The notes beneath the pieces were generated by a model. It saw only the letters and a list, made by a program, of their open reading frames with translations. It did no database searches and had not been told where the DNA came from. A stretch of 64,000 bases of DNA from contig JBHGNT010000007.1 in the NCBI GenBank assembly GCA_043228905.1, positions 18,724,001 through 18,788,000 on the forward strand, read 5' to 3'. Below are positions 23,479 through 36,994 of the stretch, piece after piece. The position numbers and the translations under genes are program-made. How positions within the stretch are numbered: position 1 is the first letter of the stretch; every line of letters begins with the position of its first letter. Source of the stretch: Azolla caroliniana (Eukaryota > Plantae > Polypodiophyta).

Positions 23479-25944
23479 ATGGCACAAGAACTAGATTCCA
23501 CGTCAATTGAACGAGCGGTGCTTAATGAGCTTCCATTTGTGCAATTTCAAGATAGATGTGCTCTTTTAAGCCTTATAAAATCATGTGGAAAACCAAAGAA
23601 CATGTCTAAGGTCATAAAGATACATGCGGATCTTATTCACAATAAGATCATTGAAAAAGATGTCTACATAGCAACAGCTCTTGTTAGTACATATGCTAAA
23701 TGTGGTGCTTTTAGAGAAGCGCAAGAAGTTTTCGAGCAACTGTCAGTTCGGGATGTGGTTTCCTGGAATGCATTAATATCTGGATATGCCCAAAATGGTC
23801 TTGGCGATGAAACTCTAAAATGCTTTGAAAGGATGCAAGATGAAGGAATATGCCCAAATGTAGTCACCTTTGTTTGTGTTTTGAAAGCTTGTGGTATAGT
23901 AGGATCTCTTGAGATTGGAGAAGACATACATGCAAAAGTTAGAAAGAGAGGGTTATTACAAAAAGATCTTATACTTGGTAATGCACTGGTAGATATGTAT
24001 GGTAAATGTGGCGCTCTTAAGAAAGCACGAGAAGTATTTGAAGGGCTTCCTATACGAGATGTGGTGTCATGGAATGCGATGATCTCAGGATATGCCCAAC
24101 ACGGGTTCAATGATGAAGCCTTAGATTGCTTCAGACAGATGAGCAGTAAAGACATAGACCCAGACGTGGTCACATATAGTTGCATTCTGAATGTTTGTGG
24201 CAATGTTGGATCTCTTGAAATTGGAGAATATATAGATGTTACTGTTCGTAAAAAAAGTTTGTTACCAAAAGATAGCATGCTTGGTAATGCACTGTTGGAT
24301 ATGTATGCAAAGTGTGGCGCGCTAGACAAAGCAAAGGAAGTATTTGAACAGCTTTTGGTTCGTAGTGTGGTGTCGTGGACTGCACTGATAGCAGGATATG
24401 CTCAAGAAGGGCTTAGTGATGAAGCCCTAAAATGCTTTAGAAAAATGCAAGATGAGGGAGTATTGCCAAATCAAGTAACCTACATTTGCATCTTGAAAGT
24501 TTGTGGTACCATTGGATCTCTTGAGATTGGGGAAGAGATAGAAACTGAAGTCAGAAAGCAAGGTTTATTACAAAAGGATGTTGTGCTTGGTTGTACATTG
24601 GTAGACATGTATGCCAAACATGGTGCACTTGAGAAAGCACAAAGGCTATTTGAACAGCTTCCAGTGAAGAATGTTGTTGCTTGGACTGCACTTATAGGAG
24701 GATATGTCCAGAAAGGGCTTGGTGATGCAGCTCTAAAATGTTTCAAGAAGATGCAAAATGAGGGGATCTGTCCAGATGCGGTGACTTATATCTGTATTTT
24801 GAAAGCTTGCAGCATAGTAGGATCTCTTGAGATAGGGGAAGACATAGATGCTGAGGTTAGAAAGCTGGGGTTATTGCAAAAGGACATTGCACTTGGAAAT
24901 ACATTGTTAGACATGTATGCCAAATGTGGTGCCCTTGAGAAAGCACAAGCGATATTTGAAGAGCTTCCAGCACAAGATGTTGTCTCTTGGAATGCACTCA
25001 TGACTGGATATGCCCAGGTAGGTCAAAGTAATGTGGTTTTGGACCTATTTCAGAAAATGAGGGCAGAATGTATTGTGCCAGACTCGATCACATTCCTTGT
25101 TCTACTCACTTCATGTACTCATGCAGGCTTGTTTGAGGAAGGAGAAAAGTTGTTTGATGACATGTGCTTTGTTTTTAGTTTCAATCCAGAACTTGAACAC
25201 TGCACTTGCATGATTGATCTGTTCTGTCGTGCAGGACATTTTGACAAGGCCAAAGTTTTGCTCGAGAAGGTCAAAGTTTTGCTTAATAATAAAGAGCCAG
25301 CTTATAACAACCTTCCATTGTTCTTGGCTATACTTGGAGCTTGTCGCAAGTGGGGGAATGTGGATCTCGGGAGATGGGCGTTTGAACAATCAATACAATT
25401 GGATGAAACATGTGGTGCTGCATATATTTGCATGGAAAATATATATGCAGAAGCTGGGATGCAATCAGAAGCATCTCAACTTGGAGCTTGGAAGGTGAAA
25501 ACCAAAGCTAGGAATACACAAGGATGTTGTTGGTGGACAGATGCCAACAGAAATGTGCATTCATTTGTTGTGGCTGATACCAGTCATCCTCAAAGCATAT
25601 GTATACACACAAAGCTAGAAGAATTACATCAGAAACTAATACAAGAGGGCTATTCACCTGGTTTGCATTGTTCATTGCACTCAATTCTAGATGAGAGAAA
25701 GGAAGATGTGGCATGTGGTAATACTGAGAAGCTGGCTGTCACATGTGCCCTCATAAATACTCTTGAAGGTGTACCTATATGTATTACAATGAACATGCCT
25801 ATGTCTGATGATTGTCATTCTTTCACTTTGCTTATATCAATGATGGAGAAGCGTAGGATTCAAGTAAATGCTGCAGACCGCATCCACATTTTTGAGCATG
25901 GGAGATGTATTTGTGAACCAAACACTGATACTGTGATTGTTTGA
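23479..25944 (+). CDS. PLS-class PPR protein with E1/E2 and a degenerate DYW:WW-type deaminase-like domain
   Basis: Intronless ~820-aa ORF; PLS triplets; C-terminal GCCWWTD..VHSFVV.D.SHP...EGYSP...CGNTEKLA...MSDDCH...RIHIFEHGRCIC. Confidence 0.93.
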   Translation: MAQELDSTSIERAVLNELPFVQFQDRCALLSLIKSCGKPKNMSKVIKIHADLIHNKIIEKDVYIATALVSTYAKCGAFREAQEVFEQLSVRDVVSWNALISGYAQNGLGDETLKCFERMQDEGICPNVVTFVCVLKACGIVGSLEIGEDIHAKVRKRGLLQKDLILGNALVDMYGKCGALKKAREVFEGLPIRDVVSWNAMISGYAQHGFNDEALDCFRQMSSKDIDPDVVTYSCILNVCGNVGSLEIGEYIDVTVRKKSLLPKDSMLGNALLDMYAKCGALDKAKEVFEQLLVRSVVSWTALIAGYAQEGLSDEALKCFRKMQDEGVLPNQVTYICILKVCGTIGSLEIGEEIETEVRKQGLLQKDVVLGCTLVDMYAKHGALEKAQRLFEQLPVKNVVAWTALIGGYVQKGLGDAALKCFKKMQNEGICPDAVTYICILKACSIVGSLEIGEDIDAEVRKLGLLQKDIALGNTLLDMYAKCGALEKAQAIFEELPAQDVVSWNALMTGYAQVGQSNVVLDLFQKMRAECIVPDSITFLVLLTSCTHAGLFEEGEKLFDDMCFVFSFNPELEHCTCMIDLFCRAGHFDKAKVLLEKVKVLLNNKEPAYNNLPLFLAILGACRKWGNVDLGRWAFEQSIQLDETCGAAYICMENIYAEAGMQSEASQLGAWKVKTKARNTQGCCWWTDANRNVHSFVVADTSHPQSICIHTKLEELHQKLIQEGYSPGLHCSLHSILDERKEDVACGNTEKLAVTCALINTLEGVPICITMNMPMSDDCHSFTLLISMMEKRRIQVNAADRIHIFEHGRCICEPNTDTVIV

Positions 25945-26852
25945 ACATTATGATGGGCATAATTCGCGCATATTTTCTTTCACAAATTTCAGGTATTCCG
26001 GAGTATCATAGCTGCTTGATTGCTTAGTGATATACTACACAGAGGTATGAATCATTGTACTTTGATGTGTTTGACAATCTACAAATTTTGTTGCTTTAGA
26101 CAAAAAGATACTTCATCAGAGCACTTGAGACAACACAGCAGACTTTCAGCTTTTTGTCATACCTGAGGAGGCTGCAAGAAGAAGTTTAGCTTCATATCAC
26201 AGAATTGTGTTGGTAATAGTATCAAGTACTGTCAAATCTTGAGCGTCAGGATCAAATAGGGCAGATGTGAGAGGAATGTACTGGTCAGCTAACCTCAGAT
26301 AAAACAAAATGCTCAGTATGTACCAATCACCTTGCTCAAATATATATTGTACATAATATAGTATACGAACAAATTCCTGGGCATATAAAAATTGTTTTCT
26401 AAAATATGCCAATTATATTGATCACTTTGCTCAAATATATATCTTTCAATGGTATAGGACCAAATTTCCTAGGATATAGTGTTATTGATTAATTACCAAT
26501 TCTTGCTCACCTAGTCTCTCAAGGATATTAGAAAAAATGCTTGGTTCATTGCAATCAAATATGTATATATATATATATATTACATTTATATGACCAGCAC
26601 ATCAAATGTTTTGGTTTGATTGCCAGCAATATTTGTCTACCTAAGATCTTATTAGAAGAGGAAGAATTCTAGGTACAAGTACATTGATCAACCCCTTCCT
26701 TGAAAGATTTATATGTACAGAGCAATGAACAATAATAATATCATCATACAAGTACAAGTTACTCATAGAAGGTTTCCATCACAGTACATGATAAATTATT
26801 ATTGCCACATGGCTCCAAGTAGACTCCTCTTATGAGCACCGTATTGATCAGT

Positions 26853-29800
26853 TTAGTACTCTTCCAACTCAATAATCTTGACAATGGACGAGTCGCCAAA
26901 TTTTTGGCATACCACAATCCGATCATGAGGTTTAATTATTCCAGTGGACTTTCCATGATCCAATGCTACTTTCAGCACAGATTCATTAGTGGCATTTGTT
27001 GTTTCTGCCTGTTGACATAACAAGGGTCATGTCAAAATGGTATTCATCACATATCCATTCTCATAACAAGGATCGTGTTAAAATGGTATTCATTGCATAT
27101 CCAATCTCATAACAATGCTCGTGTTAAAATGGTATTCCATCACATATCCAGCCATGTCAAAAATTCTAAATAGAAAGAACACCAGAATATTCCCTGCTTC
27201 TTGGGAGTATTTACCAAAATGCACCTTCATGCAAAAAATGATCAGAATACCCCTATAGGTACAAAAGTACTACCACTGAAGGTATTCTTGTAATCTTTCA
27301 AATTTTAGGGAATTTGGTGCTCATTTACCCTAGAAGAAACATAGTTAAGAATTTACCGGATGCCGAGGATCAGCCAACATTGGAAATAACCCTCTGACTA
27401 TCAAACATTGCCTTGCCTAAAAGATCAAAGTATGCAAAGCACTTGGTGAATGACTTTGTATAAGGCACTATGCTGATAATTTGAAACAGTAGATCAATTG
27501 AGACAAAACAGAAGTAAAGAAGGTAAAAACAAAATTCTTCTGAGCTGAATTTTGGGCGCATTTACACAAACCTGGAACGCTCCAGTGAAACTCCACCGCA
27601 GTTGATTAGTGGTCAATCTGGGAACAACCACAGCAAGAACTGGCATTGTCGGCCGATACTTCGCAATCAACCTGGTTAGTATTAAACAAGCTTTGCAATT
27701 CTTAAATGCTTTCTTAAACAGAGACACTGGATTAACACGAGAATAATGATATACTATATGGATTCTCCTGCATGACTTGAGGAAAATCCATATAAAGTGC
27801 TTGCTCATGTTTAATACCGTGCAACTCGGCCAGATGATGTGAATACCACAATTACTGAAGCTTTAACCTTAATGGCAGCTCGAACCTGTACAGAAGAATA
27901 CATCTCATATATGACACATAACTCTAAATCAATAATACATGGAATCAACTTTTCTTCCCTGAACTTACAGCAGATGAGGCTATGGATTCAAGATGTGACA
28001 TTGGCTCACCAACATGTTTTACAGTTTTCTTGAAATATATAGATTGATTGTAAACCCTCTCGGCCTGAAACAACATGTCAATGTTGATTGGAAGCTTTGT
28101 GTCAGCCTGGTATAAAGTTATATGGCACAGCAGTCTTTCAAAATAAAAATGGCTAGTAAGCTTTCTCACCTCGGCACATATCCTCCCTACTGTAGCAATA
28201 GTTTCTACAGGATAAACACCACGAAGGGTCTCTGCTCCTAGAAGTATTGCATCAGTTCCTATAATAACCACAACAATTCTGAGTACATATATCACAATAA
28301 GATTACCCAAAGGAAAACAAAAGAATTGCACATTAGCACTTTCTTTGACCATCAATATATCAAAGAATTAACAAAGGAAAAAAAAGGCATGATATGATAT
28401 TTTTATTATAAATCACCTTATAACTAATGGAAGGATCTTTTCTCCTTAAAATATAAAATACAAAAAGCAATAACAAGGTTTACCATCCAGAACTGCATTT
28501 GCAACATCCGTTGCTTCAGCACGTGTGGGCCGTGGGGTATCAGTCATGCTATCCACAACTCGAGTGACAACCGCAGGTTTTCCTGCCATATTACATTTGT
28601 GCAATGCCATTTTCTGAAATAAAAAGACCTGAAACGGAGAAATTAAATGCATTACTGACTTTTGCATGGCAAAAGTAGGAAATTAATCGTCAAAACCAGA
28701 TCAGGCAATAATTCTTCTGCCGAAAGAATCTTAGGTTTCTAAACCTTACACTACATAGGGCCATGTTTTGATTTCCTATAAAACATGCTAGTTAATAGAG
28801 TGGTAAGTGATATATCGAAAAACTAAACTATCACATCATTGGAACTTTGATTTCTTAGACAGTGCACTTAGTTCACATCAGGATATCTTTTGGTTTCCTT
28901 TATATATGGTTGGTGAATTAGGTTGGTAAGAGAGATCTAAAAATTAAACTTTCAGGTAAATTGAGTTTAGCTTCACCTTTTCTGGGGGGAGGTCAATTCC
29001 CAAATTTCCTCGAGAGAGAATGATGCCATCTGCCTCAAGCAAAATCTCATCAAAATGTCTAAGCCCCTGTGTACTCATTAAAAACACAATTTAGATATTT
29101 TTACACATTCATTGGGTTCTAGAAAATCCTTACAGGAATACTAAGTTTACTTCAATGGTATTTCATGCCTCGATATTCTCAATTTTTGCTAGTATTTGTG
29201 TTTGATTCAAGTCCCCAAACTTTGCCAGGTGAGCTCGAGCCTAGAAAATCAAAATGAAACGCATTACATCTTGTTGAAGTAAAAGCTGTTGGTATGTTTT
29301 GACTGTTTTTAGGACTCCAAGATATAAATAGACTCAAAGATCTACAGAGGGTAAGTTTTTTGCGAACATTATTTATGAGATGATATGCTTTGAAGGAGGT
29401 ATACCTCTCTGACATCTTCAGCATGCCGAGTGTAGGAGAGTGAAACAAAATCAATGCTATTTCTAACTCCCCATGTTGCAATAATCTAACCAAAAATGAA
29501 AAAAATAAGACAGCATTTTACTCAAACAGTAAGACTACATAGATCCCTGTATTGCGGGAGCCCAATAATTTGGAAATGGTTCAAAGCTTCATATGATAGA
29601 TTGAGCATTCAATACCTCTTTATCAGCTTCAGACAGGGTAGGGAGGTTGATGTGGACTTGTGAAGCATGTGCTGTGAAAAGTGATCCTGTTAGTGTTGAG
29701 CTATTCTTTACATAGCAGATGACATCCTGCCCTTTACTTTCTGCTACCTGTTCAGAAGCAAGTTATTAAATGAAATCAACATCCAATTAGTAGGGACTTA

Positions 29801-32800
29801 TATATATGACTATGCGTAAGAAAAATCAAATCGAAACTCACATATATGTGCCTATGCATAAGATTAAAGATCCACTTTTTCTATCTATCTTATCTATATG
29901 TATATATTTGACTCAGAGAGTATATGTCCTTATGCATGAGAAATAGAATGTAGCATTTCACCTCTAACCAGACAGATGTGTTCTCACTTCCAGTAAAAAG
30001 GTATTGTCCAACAAATATGGTGTCTCCTGATTTGACAGTCTAATAAAACAAAAACGAAAAAGGATCCTGAGCCAGAAACTCCAGAAATTAACAGCGAAAA
30101 GAGTAGGGTTTTGCAGTAAAATCTGACAGTATTGCCTTGGCTATATCAGCATAGTTGATTGGAAGAAGTTCGGATGACGCTTCTTTTGTGGTATCTGGAG
30201 TTATGGTAACTTTAGCATCAGCTTCAAGGGCAATGGGTTTTCCACTTTTATTAAATACTTGTAGCTCGGGTCCAATTGTATCAAGCATTATCTGTTCCAA
30301 ATAGAACCAGGTCAGGCATACTTGCCAAAGAATGATCAATATACACTGAAATCAATCTTAAGAAACAACTTCATTCCCTTCCCTAGTCCAATAATATATT
30401 CATACAGACTGATACATCCAGTTGAAGGTGATACATGAAACGGATGCCATAATTAGTGTGAAAGGAAGAATCATACACAGCAGGCTCTCATATCATAGAT
30501 TACACATAGTATTGTAGTCTGTTATGCATACACAATCATGTCGCTTGGAAATGTTATAAATGGGTGCATGTACATAGAAATGCACTCAAACAAGCAAGGA
30601 ATCTACTAACATTGAATGGGTTAAGCATGACCAGAATCACTAAGTGAACCATATGATGGTATGCATCCCAACTGAGGTGACAACTACAAAAACATAGAAT
30701 TTATTTGGAAGGATGTATAATCTAAGAATAAAAATAGATCATAACAAACCACATCAGACCACAATCACTAAGTGAACCATATGATGGTATGCATCCCAAC
30801 TGAGGTGACAACTACAAAAACATAGAATTTATTTGGAAGGATGTATAATGTAAGAATGAAAATAGATCATAACAAGCCACATCAGACCACAATCACTAAG
30901 TGAACCATATGATGGTATGCATCCCAACTGAGGTGACAACTACAAAAACATAGAATTTATTTGGAAGGATGTATAATCTAAGAATGAAAATAGATCATAA
31001 CAAACCACATCAGACCACAATCACTAAGTGAACCATATGATGGTATGCATCCCAACTGAGGTGACAACTACAAAAACATAGAATTTATTTGGAAGGATGT
31101 ATAATGTAAGAATGAAAATAGATCATAACAAACCACATCAGACCACAATCACTAAGTGAACCATATGATGGTATGCATCCCAACTGAGGTGACAACTACA
31201 AAAACATAGAATTTATTTGGAAGGATGTATAATGTAAGAATGAAAATAGATCATAACAAGCCACATCAGACCACAATCACTAAGTGAACCATATGATGGT
31301 ATGCATCCCAACTGAGGTGACAACTACAAAAACATAGAATTTATTTGGAAGGATGTATAATCTAAGAATGAAAATAGATCATAACAAACCACATCAGACC
31401 ACAATCACTAAGTGAACCATATGATGGTATGCATCCCAACTGAGGTGACAACTACAAAAACATAGAATTTATTTGGAAGGATGTATAATGTAAGAATGAA
31501 AATAGATCATAACAAGCCACATCAGACCACAATCACTAAGTGAACCATATGATGGTATGCATCCCAACTGAGGTGACAACTACAAAAACATAGAATTTAT
31601 TTGGAAGGATGTATAATCTAAGAATGAAAATAGATCATAACAAACCACATCAGACCACAATCACTAAGTGAACCATATGATGGTATGCATCCCAACTGAG
31701 GTGACAACTACAAAAACATAGAATTTATTTGGAAGGATGTATAATCTAAGAATGAAAATAGATCATAACAAACCACATCAGACCACAATCACTAAGTGAA
31801 CCATATGATGGTATGCATCCCAATTGAGGTGACATACAAAAACATAGAATTTATTTGGAAGGAGAAAAAGCGTAGTCTAATACAAGAATGAAAATAGATC
31901 ATAACAAATCACATCAAACCTGAAAGCTTGTGTATTTTTACAGCTTTACATTTGAGCCAAATGATGTAAAAAGGGTGATTCTAAGATGAAGAAAATAAAC
32001 GCAAAGCTTTAGACGTTTCAAAGATCCAGTAAGAGTGAGGACATACAGCACAGAGCTTTTTAGTCTTCTTCACAGCCTTCTTCAGATTTTCCAAAGTTGC
32101 CTGATGATAGTCCTCCGATCCTGACGAGAAATCAAATCGAGCAACTGTAGAAGCAATGAAAGTAGTTAACATAGAAAAGTAGTCCTCCCATCACACAGTT
32201 GATGATGTATGTGTCTCCTCTATAATAAGGAAAAATAACATTGCAACCATTTCATAATGGTCAAAAATTTAGGATTATATTGATAATGCAATAGTTACCA
32301 GACATTCCAGCCTTTAGGCATGCCTCAAGAATTTCAACTGACCCTGATTTGGGTCCAGGTGTTCCCACGATCTTAGTCATCGCAGGAAAAAATGACTGCA
32401 AAACAGAATGTCAAGGAAGAAGTAATGACAAAAGATAAGCCACAATGGAATCTATACAAATTTTCCAAAGGAGAAAAAGAAGATTGTTTGCACAAACATA
32501 CTCAACACAACTAATAGCATATAGAGCCATGGGTTGTGGAACGACTGGTGAGACAAAAATGAATTTAAAATCCAACGGAGAAGGTAGCATATATGCTATC
32601 GATGTAACAGAAAATGTCCACAACTCAACAATAATGGCTGATGGATTTAAATAAGTATTATAAATTCAAAGGAAGAACGGTATGCAATTGAGATTACATC
32701 AATAAGGACATTGTGTGTGCGTGTGTGTATCCATACAATTTGCAAAATGATACAGATTATTTTGCAACAGAAGATGTAAATCCAAAGGGAAAATATCATT

Positions 32801-33150
32801 TGTGCTACAAATATTATACCATCAAGAATTACATTCTTGCCATGTAGAATGAATTAGAAACTCATAATAACAACAAATAATATGTAGCACCTGTGCTACA
32901 GAGATTAAACCATAAAGATATAGAGATAAAATCATTAAGGTTATATATATCTTTATATGTGTGTGTGTGTGTGTGTGTATGTATAATATTGCCATGGAAT
33001 TTGCGATGAATCATGCAACAAGGTAATGGTGCAACACACACACACATATATACACGGTATGATCAAGAAAACAGGACTCACAGGTTTAGATGGCTCGAGG
33101 ATGGAGGCTAGCCGTATGGGCTCCTCCAGGAACAAAGGAGAGCTCTGCAT
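26853..33150 (-). CDS. PK: Cytosolic pyruvate kinase, 16 coding exons (~528 aa)
   Basis: Exons read by eye: 33150-33082, 32395-32299, 32144-32047, 30291-30136, 30039-29962, 29747-29616, 29485-29405, 29240-29169, 29066-28977, 28628-28484, 28258-28170, 28064-27969, 27885-27818, 27671-27572, 27416-27357, 27008-26853. Motifs [63 protein letters not shown]. Confidence 0.95.
27020..27150. repeat. ~45-bp tandem repeat x3 in the last PK intron
   Basis: CATAACAA...GTGTTAAAATGGTATTC...CATATCCA repeated three times. Confidence 0.8.
30635..31920. repeat. 128-bp minisatellite, 10 copies, in PK intron 3
   Basis: AATCACTAAGTGAACCATATGATGG starts at 30635, 30763, 30891, 31019, 31147, 31275, 31403, 31531, 31659, 31787; first nine nearly identical, last diverged. 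Confidence 0.97.
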
Positions 33151-33856
33151 TTCGATCTAAACAATAAGGAAAGAAATCTGCAGCGGCCCCAGAAAATCAA
33201 AAAAGCAACTCGCGCAATGCAGGGCCTGCAAAACAAAGAGACAGAAAGAGAGAATCAGAGAATCAGAGAATCAGAAGGAACTTGCGTAGCGCGTGTACCT
33301 CTTCACGCAGAACATGCAAATCCTTCGTTTTCGTCCTTGTTTTTTGCGTTTCGTTTGCTTTTTTTTGCGTTTTGCTTTCCTTAGTTTGTGTTCTTTCTTC
33401 TTTTTTTTCGTTCTGTTTTTTATTTTGTAAATAAATAAATAAATAAATAAATAAAAATAAGGAAATTTATATCAAAGGGACGCGACATATCCCTCGTGTT
33501 TTCTTTTTCATTCTTTTGTTTTCTTTTTCTAATTTCTGCTTTTCCAAACTAACTCTGTTTTCCTTTTGCTTTTTGGCTTTTTTGCTTTTCTTGCTTTTTG
33601 CTTTTTTGCTTTTTTCTTTTCTTGCCTTCCTTGCTTTTTACTTGCTTTTCCTTGCCCTCTCCGCATCCGTGCATTGACACGCATCCACGCTTCTCTTTTG
33701 GTTAATCTGTAGATTAGCCAGCACGTATCTGAGGCCACACATCAATGACCATCATGACGATCGAACCCTTGCCTTGAGTACTCGACACTCACCTGGTGCC
33801 CAACCACATCTATGTAATTGAGGATGCCTGGCCACAAGAAAAAAGGGGGTTGGGCA

Positions 33857-34368
33857 TAACAATCGCCAACACTTCACTTTGAACCGAACCGAACCGCGAA
33901 ACCGCGTATTAACGGTTTAAACGGTTCGGTTCAGTTTCAGGTTTTTTTTTTTAACAGTTCAGTTCAATTTCAAGTTTTTTTTTAACGATTCGGTTCGGTT
34001 TGGGGGTGAACGGTTTGGTTTGGTTTTAACGATTTGAACCCTTGGTTTGATGGCTTTTAAATATTTTAAATATTTTAAATATTTTTTAATATATATTTTT
34101 AAACAATCTTTTCATTTTTAAGCCTAATTCTCACATTTTAGGCAAAATCTTTAAATTTTTGAAATTTTGATATTTGAAATAATATTTTAAATTTAAAAAT
34201 TTTGAATTTTGGTCTATGTTGAAAATGGAAACCAAACCCCAAAACTGCAGTTTTAACCGCCTGGATTTTTTTCTAACGGTTTGGTTTAAATGGTTTCATG
34301 GTTCAGTTCAAGTTTCAAAAATTTTAATCGGTTTTGGCACTCTCGAACTGAACCATTGCCTATTGTTA
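33857..34368. mobile_element. hAT-type MITE upstream of PK (same family as 19600)
   Basis: TIRs TAACAATCGCCAAC / ATTGCCTATTGTTA; degenerate 8-bp TSD GTTGGGCA / GCTGGGGA. Confidence 0.85.
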
Positions 34369-36994
34369 GCTGGGGAGGGGATGTTGTCAATCGATCAATA
34401 AAATATAAATTATCATTGACTATACACCTGTCCAAGGCTTTTGAAAATATCCCCAAAACATTTCGACTCTGTGCGATTGAATTCATCTGGAAGACTTTTG
34501 CCTCGTATCATTCATGAATGACCAATAATTGATATTAATTATACAGTGATCGCCGTCTCTATCGTAGGTTCCTCTGTGGTAGCAATAGTAATAATTATAA
34601 ATCGCACATCAAAAAATATATGCGATACGCGCCAAACATTTGATTCATTCATAATTGCTTAAGTCCTTGATGTTGGCTAAAATAATATTTTTTGTTAACA
34701 TCTGAAAATTGAAATTTTGTTTTGTTTAAATAAAATAGTTTGCCTTGAGATTGACCTATTACAAATTGCGACTTTTGTTTGGTTTTATTGCTGGCTAATC
34801 TAAAATTTCAATAGGCATATCCAAATATTACTAGCATCGAAAAATATCATGAAGCAATAGCTATTAAAGCTTTCCATCTGCCATTCTGTAGCAATGCATT
34901 GGCTATAAATGCATTTCTATATAATCTTCCATGAGAAACCAACTCTCTCGTAAAATAAAATTAAGCTTCATTTATGTTTTATGGCCCTATGCATTGGCTA
35001 TAAATACATTTCTACAAAATCTTCCATGAGAAACCAACTCTCTCATAAAATAAAACAAGACCAATTTTGAAAAGGTTACACTACGACAAATAGTTTAAAG
35101 CTTGGTAGGGTATGAAGAATAGAGGGGATTGGATCTCTAATATGAACATAATGTTTAATAGTGACATATGTGTAGAAGTATCAACTTTGTATTATATTAT
35201 GTGGGCTTATGCAGTCAGATGTTTTCTTTCCAATTGTGGATTACTCCATTTTTCTATAATGTTATGTGGGTTACAATGTGAATTTACATTTGTTCCTCTT
35301 AAAGCGTTCTATAATATCTATTGGTATCTATCTATATGTGTGTGTGGATTTATGAAACAATATCCTATATTTGTGCTTTTAAACAACAAATAAAAACTCT
35401 AGGGATGTAAATGAACTTGCCAAGTTAGAGATTTTCTATTCCAATTAAGATCCATGCGTTTTCAAAATACAAGTTTTTACAATTAAATTAGAATTTGTAT
35501 TTATCGACATAACTAGAATGTAATAGGCCAATTGTTAGCGACTACATAAATATTCTATAAATGATGGATTGTGGAAGAGCGTAAAGATTCTAGAAAAAAG
35601 AGATCACGGTGGAAACACAATGTCAAAGGATTTAGTTTACATTCATTAGATTCTTTTTTTGTTCAAATTCACATATAGAACATTGCACCGACGTCAGATC
35701 TAAAACTTTGATATAAATGGATGTGCATTCTACACATTCTTCATTATTTTAGCTTTGTTCATGCACATTCATAAATGGATGTGCATTCTAATGGCTTTAT
35801 AATAATATTGATAATGATAGAGTTTCCACAATACAAAGAGTGAAAACCATGCAACCTATTGTTCTTCTCACACATAGTGTTGTTTAGGCCATTGTTCAAC
35901 ACAAGGATATTATGAGAATGACATATATATTTGGCCATTGTTAGTTCATTGTTTGTAATGATCAGATACAACAGGTTTAGGTATATGATCACATACAACA
36001 ATATGGCTTACACTCTTCGGTGTTCATTCATTGCTTGTAATCATCACGTCTTTTTATTGTTTGCATAGAGTGCTAATAGATAGGGACAAGGATGATGGAA
36101 TACGATTAAGAGATATATACTTGGTAAATTCAACATCCTACAAATGCATTGGGCAAACGTGATGTTGACTTCTTATGGGTGAATGTATGGAAGATCTATG
36201 TTGAAATATGTTGAGATATATGCTTTATACCTAATTTATCACACCAAAAGTTGCATGAGATTAGAAGCCTAATATATTACATATTTACATGTAATTGTTA
36301 TAAATTTATAAGATACCTTGGTGATGTTTCATCAGTATTTGCATGGAATAAATATTACATAGTATGATCAAGAGATTAAGAAGCCTATTCTATGATTGTT
36401 CAAGAGAATGAGTAGAACTCTCATGCAAAAAGTAGTGCCCTCGTGATGCATTCATTATTTGTAGGTCGAAGTTTTGAACAACATACTTATAAAGGAAAGA
36501 GAATCCAAGTGATAGATATTGATCCCTACACAATTCCTAAAGATTTGTAAACAATGACACTGAGAACAATCAATAAAAGGATACTTTTTGGAAAGAAATG
36601 TGGCTACTAGATTCATGAATCACAATACATGAGTTTAGTAGAAAAAAGATAGTAGGCAAGAATGTGAAATCATTCTAAACAAAAATAACATTATTTGATA
36701 TTATTATTCAATCAAACCAGTATTCTTATGATGATAGTACAACAAGAGATTCCATCCCAAAAGCACCAAGTACTATTGGAATTTGGCTCTATACATTACA
36801 TAAGACAACTTAAGATGGCCAATTACATATACATATACAAATATATTCACAAGCTTGCCTTTGTAAACCTTTAAATTTTAAACATGCACATGTGCTGATT
36901 TTTTATTACCACTATTTATATAATATGCTTATATTAATAGAGAAAACATTTTGAACTAATGGTAGTAAGAGTATGATGTATGTATTACTATTAA

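Noticed and set aside
23664-25001. Antisense ORFs over the PPR gene (also over the dirigent and Copia ORFs)
   Set aside because: Shadow ORFs from codon periodicity of the sense genes; no independent motifs
30635-31920. CRISPR-like or coding interpretation of the regular repeat
   Set aside because: Contiguous 128-bp units with no unique spacers and no ORF; a minisatellite
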